Assembly (NCBI GenBank): GCA_951406725.2
Contig: OX597815.1
Location: 13,516,001-13,580,000, forward strand
Length of the DNA stretch: 64,000 nt
DNA from: Octopus vulgaris
Taxonomy: Eukaryota
Direction: 5' to 3'
The position numbers and the translations under genes are program-made. This document shows positions 57,951 through 64,000 of this stretch, one piece after another; the stretch's first letter is position 1, and each line of letters begins with the position of its first letter. The notes below the pieces were generated by a model that was not told the DNA's origin, made no database searches, and saw only the letters and a list, made by a program, of their open reading frames with translations.

Positions 57951-58190
57951 CTACTTATCGATAAATCAAGTACCAGTTGAACATTGGGGTTTGGTTAATT
58001 GATGTAGCACATTCCCATAACACCTTGACTTGAGCAAAATTTTGTAACCGATATTAAATTTGTGTTGTCAGAAATCTGAAGACATCAGCTAAATGCCTCA
58101 CCCCTAATCCAAGAGTCATTCTATGAATTCTGTAGATTTAAATTACTGTTTTATGTGTGTGTCTGTGTATCTTGTATTATTATATATATT

Positions 58191-58601
58191 ACTCTTTACT
58201 CTTTTACTAGTTTTAGTCATTTGACTGCGGCCATGCTGGAGCACCGCCTTTAGTCGAGCAAATCGGCCCCGGGACATATTCTTTGTAAGCCCAGTACTTA
58301 TTCTATCGGTCTCGTTTTTGCCGAACCGCTAAGTAACGGGGACGTAAACACACCAGCATCGGTTGTCAAGCAATGCTAGGGGGACAAACACAGACACACA
58401 AACACACACACACATATATATATATATATACATATATACGACAGGCTTCTTTCAGTTTCCGTCTACCAAATCCACTCACAAGGCATTGGTCGGCCCGGGG
58501 CTACAGCAGAAGACACCTGCCCAAGATGCCACGCAGTGGGCCTGAACCCGGAACCATGTGGTTGGTTAGCCAGCTACTTACCACACAGCCACTCCTGCGC
58601 C
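58191..58601 (-). mobile_element. tRNA-derived SINE family A, full length
   Basis: Reverse complement of the family A sequence seen elsewhere in the window. Confidence 0.95.
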
Positions 58602-59549
58602 TATATATATGTTGTGATATTATTTTTATAATTTAGGCTAACAGACATGAGGCTAACAGACAAATTACTTTGCCTTAATTTGTTTCCTTTTGGTCATCTT
58701 TCGCTGTATATTTCATCTGACAATGAATGATAAAGCAATAACCAGGCATATACTGAACTTCGTTTTATAGATTACGTCTATAAAATAAGGTTTGGAGCAA
58801 ATAAGGGGAATCAATTGTATAATGCTTCCATCAATTTAGCGTTGATTTACATATAAATGATGAAAGAGTTGTGGTCTTGATAATTACTAGAATATTACAA
58901 AATGACATGACGCGGAGTGTGGAGGAGAAACAAGAACACACTGGGAAGTATTTAGCCGCGTCTATTTGTATAATTAATGAGCTAAAATCCCGCTGAGATC
59001 TGCAGTTGCTTGTTGTCTCTCCAGGATCGATAAAATAAGCGACAACCAAGTACTGGTTGGATTATTTGGAGTACATACTTTCAGTTACAAATGATAATAA
59101 GATGAAGTGACAGAAAAGTAAATGGCGATAGTTCATTATTTACAAACTCCGTCCTGAAAGGGCCATTATGTTACTGTAGTAGAAGCATTAATTAACGGGA
59201 AATACTAATTACAATGAAAACTAATGACAGTTAATGAAAATGTATTGCGACAAGGAATAATTGCAACAATGAATAATTGCTACTATATATAATTAATATA
59301 GAGAAATAACTAAAAATAATGAAAACATTAATTGGTTGAAGATAAGTATTCTTATTAGGGATATAGTCCCCAGATAACTGGGAAAAAGACATTTTAGCTC
59401 TTTTGGTTTTGCTTTATTAAGGGACTGAGGCCGCAGTATGTCAGCTTAGTGATTTACATCAGAAATGCGATAATTTCCCCAGCTGTTACATTTTGTTGAA
59501 ATTTTCCAAAAACCTTGTTATAAGACGGGTGCAGAAAATTACCTGACTT

Positions 59550-59741
59550 CAAGGGTGTTGTGAAAGGCCTGGTAGGAGGTCCAGCCTTCCGAGTTTTATT
59601 ATAGGGCTTAGAAAAAATGAAGGACCGCTTCAAAAAGTGTGCGAATGTGAGGGAAAAGTATTTTGGATAAAATCTTAATCAACTGACACTTCTGTTTATG
59701 TTTCTTTTACCTAGAACATGGAAATTTTTAGTACTTCCTCG
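59550..59741 (+). mobile_element. Mariner 3' terminal fragment
   Basis: FYY..LEKMKDRFKKCANVREKYF* followed by TIR end cctcg-ta. Confidence 0.7.
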
Positions 59742-59948
59742 TAAAGTTTATAAAAACTGGTCATTGAGTTAAATATTGGATTTGTAATTCCTGATAATTA
59801 GAGATTTGAGGCATAGTATAATCTGATATTCTTATACTTTCAGATAAAAGTGGAAATGCAAGTGAAGGCAATTATTTTGCAACAACCAGAAACACTAAAG
59901 CAGATCCTGATCTCTAATCTCTTAGCGTCTTATCTGTCTAAAGATATA

Positions 59949-60621
59949 GCTATATATATATAAAACTGTAGTTGTGTGAGTGTCTGTCCCCTTCGATTTA
60001 GATTCCTAACTACTCCCACATTTTGCGGTGCAGTTTAACCAAATTCGGGTATCTTATAGTCGTGATTCATATCAAGCCCGTTTGGGTATTAGCGCGCGTC
60101 TACAATGAGTCTACGATTTTAATAATAATTTAACATAATTTTTTATTCCATTTTAATGCATATTTTTTCGTGTGTCGATGGCGGCGGAGTTGGCGTCCAC
60201 GCTCACACCTGTGTTGCTTCTCCCCCTTCTTCCCTCCCTCGTGAAGCTGTGGGGAAGGGAGTGTAAGGAAATCAACGTCGTAATGCGTTGTCAAGGAGAC
60301 CAGCGTTTATTTAGAACAATGACTTCATGGCTTGAAGACACCAAAACAGAAATGGCTAAGAAAGCGTCTACATGAATCTACGGTTTAAAAAAAAATTACC
60401 ATCATGTTTTCCATTTTAATGCATTTTTTCGCTATTATATAAGGGAAGTAACTCTCTAAAAATGTCTACGATGAGTCAACGATTTAAAAAAAAAAAAATT
60501 ACCATCATTTTATATTCCATTTTTAGTGCATTTTTTTGCTATTTTTTTGCTATAACTCTCTAAAAATGCTTATATAGTTATTTCCCTTACAAACCCGAGC
60601 AACGCCGGGCGATACTGCTAG
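59949..60621 (+). mobile_element. Non-autonomous Helitron, long form with an extra ~195-bp GC-richer segment
   Basis: Same 3' terminus and 5' region as 56349-56745; extra segment at 60170-60365. Confidence 0.88.
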
Positions 60622-60759
60622 TGTGATCTAAAACAAACGTTAATTTCGCTCTATCAAGGTATAAGTATTCTTCATATCTCGGAAGACTCTTGTACAAGGC
60701 ATATTTTATGTTTGGCAAATACGTTTTCCTTCAGTAAGCATATTATTTTGTAAATGTCA

Positions 60760-60960
60760 GGTGACGAGCAGGCAGGATCTCGATCACGCCGGCGAATACG
60801 CCAGCGACATTTCCTCTGACATTAACGTTCTCAGTTAAGGTCCTGCCGATGTCGACTTTGCTTTTCAACTCTTCCGAATTCTAGAAAGTGAGTACATGAT
60901 CAATACTAGGGCCAATGAAAGCAACTACTACCCTCCCCTAAAATTTCAGCACTTCTGTCA
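60760..60960 (+). mobile_element. Decayed CORE-type SINE
   Basis: ggtgacgagcaggcagga...gccgatgtcgactttgcttttca. Confidence 0.7.
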
Positions 60961-61822
60961 ATATTAGAATAAGAAATAAAAACCAGAAAACTATACATTA
61001 AGTGTTTAGCATGAGGTATGTGTATGAACATAATAAAATATGAAATTCAGAGAATAATAACAGTTATTTCTATTATTCATAAGAGGAACAGAGTATGTGT
61101 GTATTGTAGTAGCATATTGGCCGCACTAGTGCTGTTTAACTTTAGCTTGGAGTGGGTGAAACAGTGCGATTAGTAAAGAAGTTTATCAAATGGAAACGTT
61201 TCAAGACTAACGCGAGATGGATATAGTCCAAAGGTTGCAAAGTTGCCTCATATCTGACGCAGTAAACGTTTTTGCTGATATCAATTAATAAAAAGCAACA
61301 AAATAACCTGTGCTGTGCGCAAGATGCAAGAAATTAGATGTGACGGAAGAGAACGTGTCTCCTGTAGTTAGGTAAATATATCGTTGTGAATGCAGTTACA
61401 CAAAAATTGATTAACAAAGTGTCTCTGTCCGACTATTTTAATATCCTTCGATATGTTTAAAGCAGACGCAATATGCTTGAAATTTACAAGGTAACGTTTG
61501 TTATTGTTGCTGTGTGGTAGCTTCGAATCGGAAACTGTTTCAGCAACTGTAATTCTAAAGAGACATGCCTTTGCATAACACTGTATAGAGACAAGAAAAT
61601 AATTCTGAAAAATCACTCGACATTGTCTCCTTTATATTTTATTCAGTGTTAAAGAACACAAAGAATACTAAGAAAGAGTATTGTACACGGAGCATGATGT
61701 TCTTGCAAAAACAAGGAAAAGTCATATATCTGACCTTCGAGTCGGAGAATTATGCTGTAAACAACATGTAACGAATAAGTGAACATCCCCTCTCCTCTTT
61801 CTTTCTCTCTCTCTTTTTTGTT

Positions 61823-62081
<259 letters not shown>

Positions 62082-63084
62082 TACATATGTGTAAATTTCT
62101 CTCTGTGGGTGTGTTTCTGGGGTTGTTAGCTAACTCCTACACCATCGTTTTATCGATTTTGTTGAAAGTTGATACGTGATTACAACTCGTCTGGATACCT
62201 CATGTCTTATTCGGATTATTGAAAAAAATCGATAACGGAGCCTCATGGAAAGGATATTTATATATATCTTATATATTTTATTTTAAAAATCAAGGAAAAC
62301 AACCCATTCATTTTGCTAAATTATTTGGTAAATTTGAATTTGAGTATGCTTATTTTTTAGTAATTGAACTGTTAGAGTTTTTTTCGCAATTCATCCAGTA
62401 CAAGTTTTAAAGAATAAAATAGTATTTCTCTAAACAATTCTCTAAACTTTTTTCTTTTAGTGACTTCTTCACGAATTTATCAACACTAGCACTCCTGAGG
62501 GAAATATTCTCTGGGAACGCACAAAAGCCCTTTTCAGAGTTATTTACTTTGAATTGTTATTATCTCATATCTCATTAGCATGTTATTACGTATCATTCTT
62601 GACGATTTTAGTATACATACCTTATTAGTATTTCCTCCTGCATTCTATATAATCTGGGAACGTATTAAAGCTCTTTTCGGGGATACTTTATTTGAATTCT
62701 CACTATCGGGTAACTCATTTCATCTTATAACGTAACTAACTTCCTAAATTGGGTATTCATAACTTATTGGAAATTCCTAAGAACACGATCCGTAAGACAG
62801 TTCGGTATTCTCTGTAAATGCACAAAAACTGTTTTAAAGGCAGTATATTTTAAATTGTTGTTATTGGATTAGTGAAACAATTATGAAGACGAAACGAAGA
62901 GATAAGCCCCGCTTCCCAGGAATTACCGGGTACTTCAGCTAGTATATATACACACATATATAAACGTTTATGTATTTGTGTTGCAAGATTCCTGATGTTA
63001 AACCGTGTGTTGGAACAGATATTGTTATATTTCGGAATGGTCATTTTTTTGGTTGGCCAAATAAGCACAAGGGCTCTATATTCT

Positions 63085-63671
63085 ATTCTACTCTAAGTAC
63101 AAGGCCCCTTAAATTTGGGACGAAGGGGCCAGTCGATTAGACTAATCCCAGTACGCAACTGACACTTAATTTATCGACCCCAAAAGAATGAAAGGGAAAT
63201 TCGACATTGGCGAAGTTTGAACTCAGAACATTCAAGACAGACGAACTACCTATTTCTATCTCTTTACTACCCACATGGGGCTAAACACAGAGAGGACAAA
63301 CAAGGAAAGACAAACGGATTAAGTCGATTATATTGACCCCAGTGCGTAAGTGGTACTTATTTAATCGACCCCGAAAGGATGAAAGGGAAAGTCGACGTTG
63401 GCGAAATTTGAATTCAGAACGTAAAGGCAGACGAAATACCTATTTCTTTATTAGCCACAGGGGGCTAAACATAGAGGGGACAAACAAGGACAGACAAACG
63501 GATTAAGTCGATTAGATCGACCCCAGTGCGTTACTGGTACATAATTTATCGACCCCGAAAGGATGAAAGGCAAAGTCGACCTCGGCGGAATTTGAACTCA
63601 GAACGTAACGGCAGACGAAATACGGCCACGCATTTCGCCCAGTATGTTAACGATTCTGCCAGCTCACCGGC
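63085..63671 (-). mobile_element. CORE-type tRNA SINE expanded into a 3-unit tandem array (~184-191-bp period)
   Basis: gtcgatta...gacccc...gaaaggatgaaagg...tttgaactcagaac at 63132, 63323 and 63507; single A-box head at ~63650-63671. Confidence 0.88.
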
Positions 63672-64000
63672 TTCACAAGCACTCTATTTTTTTCATTTAA
63701 TCTCTATTATTGTTCATAGTTTAGTGTCCTTTTGCCTGAATTTTCCGTCACACATTCTGTGACATCTGCAGCGACTCTCTATCGCACGTGTCTCCTGTTC
63801 TGTTTAGTCCATGAAGAAGACAATGACTGAAGGAATAGTGGCCAAGAGTCTTTGGTACATCTGCTAATTTCAGAGAGGCTGGTACTTTCCAATTCGCTAA
63901 CAGGATTGTATCTATATTTCAGATCTGGAATTCAGTAGTGCAGTACAGTACATAGATCTGAAGTCAGAGTTATAAAGAAATTGATAAGCTTCTGTTTGGT

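Overview
AT-rich, microsatellite-dense eukaryotic non-coding DNA (intronic or intergenic). The SINE, Helitron and LINE repertoire looks like that of an octopod cephalopod (Octopus), which is an inference from recalled repeat families. I see no intact host gene; nearly all long ORFs in the track are (TA)n/(TG)n/triplet-repeat artefacts or decayed transposon frames. Contents: two R4/Dong-type LINEs nested in (TAA)n tracts, RTE, RNase-H-bearing I-group and probable Tx1/L1 LINE fragments, Penelope GIY-YIG remnants, five mariner pieces, one Tc1, a probable hAT fossil, five non-autonomous TC...CTAG Helitrons, and many tRNA-derived SINEs of at least three families. The most notable signal, which the ORF track does not show, is a set of at least seven type I hammerhead ribozyme (HHR) loci from sequence-distinct, non-coding, mostly (TA)n-embedded Penelope pLTR/retrozyme-like elements. 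One has a canonical HHR inside a 489-bp unit whose inverted copy starts at the cleavage site and reads across the monomer junction, as expected for a circular or multimeric RNA template. Another carries a compensatory G3-C8 swap in the catalytic core. Coordinates were counted by eye and element boundaries are approximate; no ribozyme activity has been tested.
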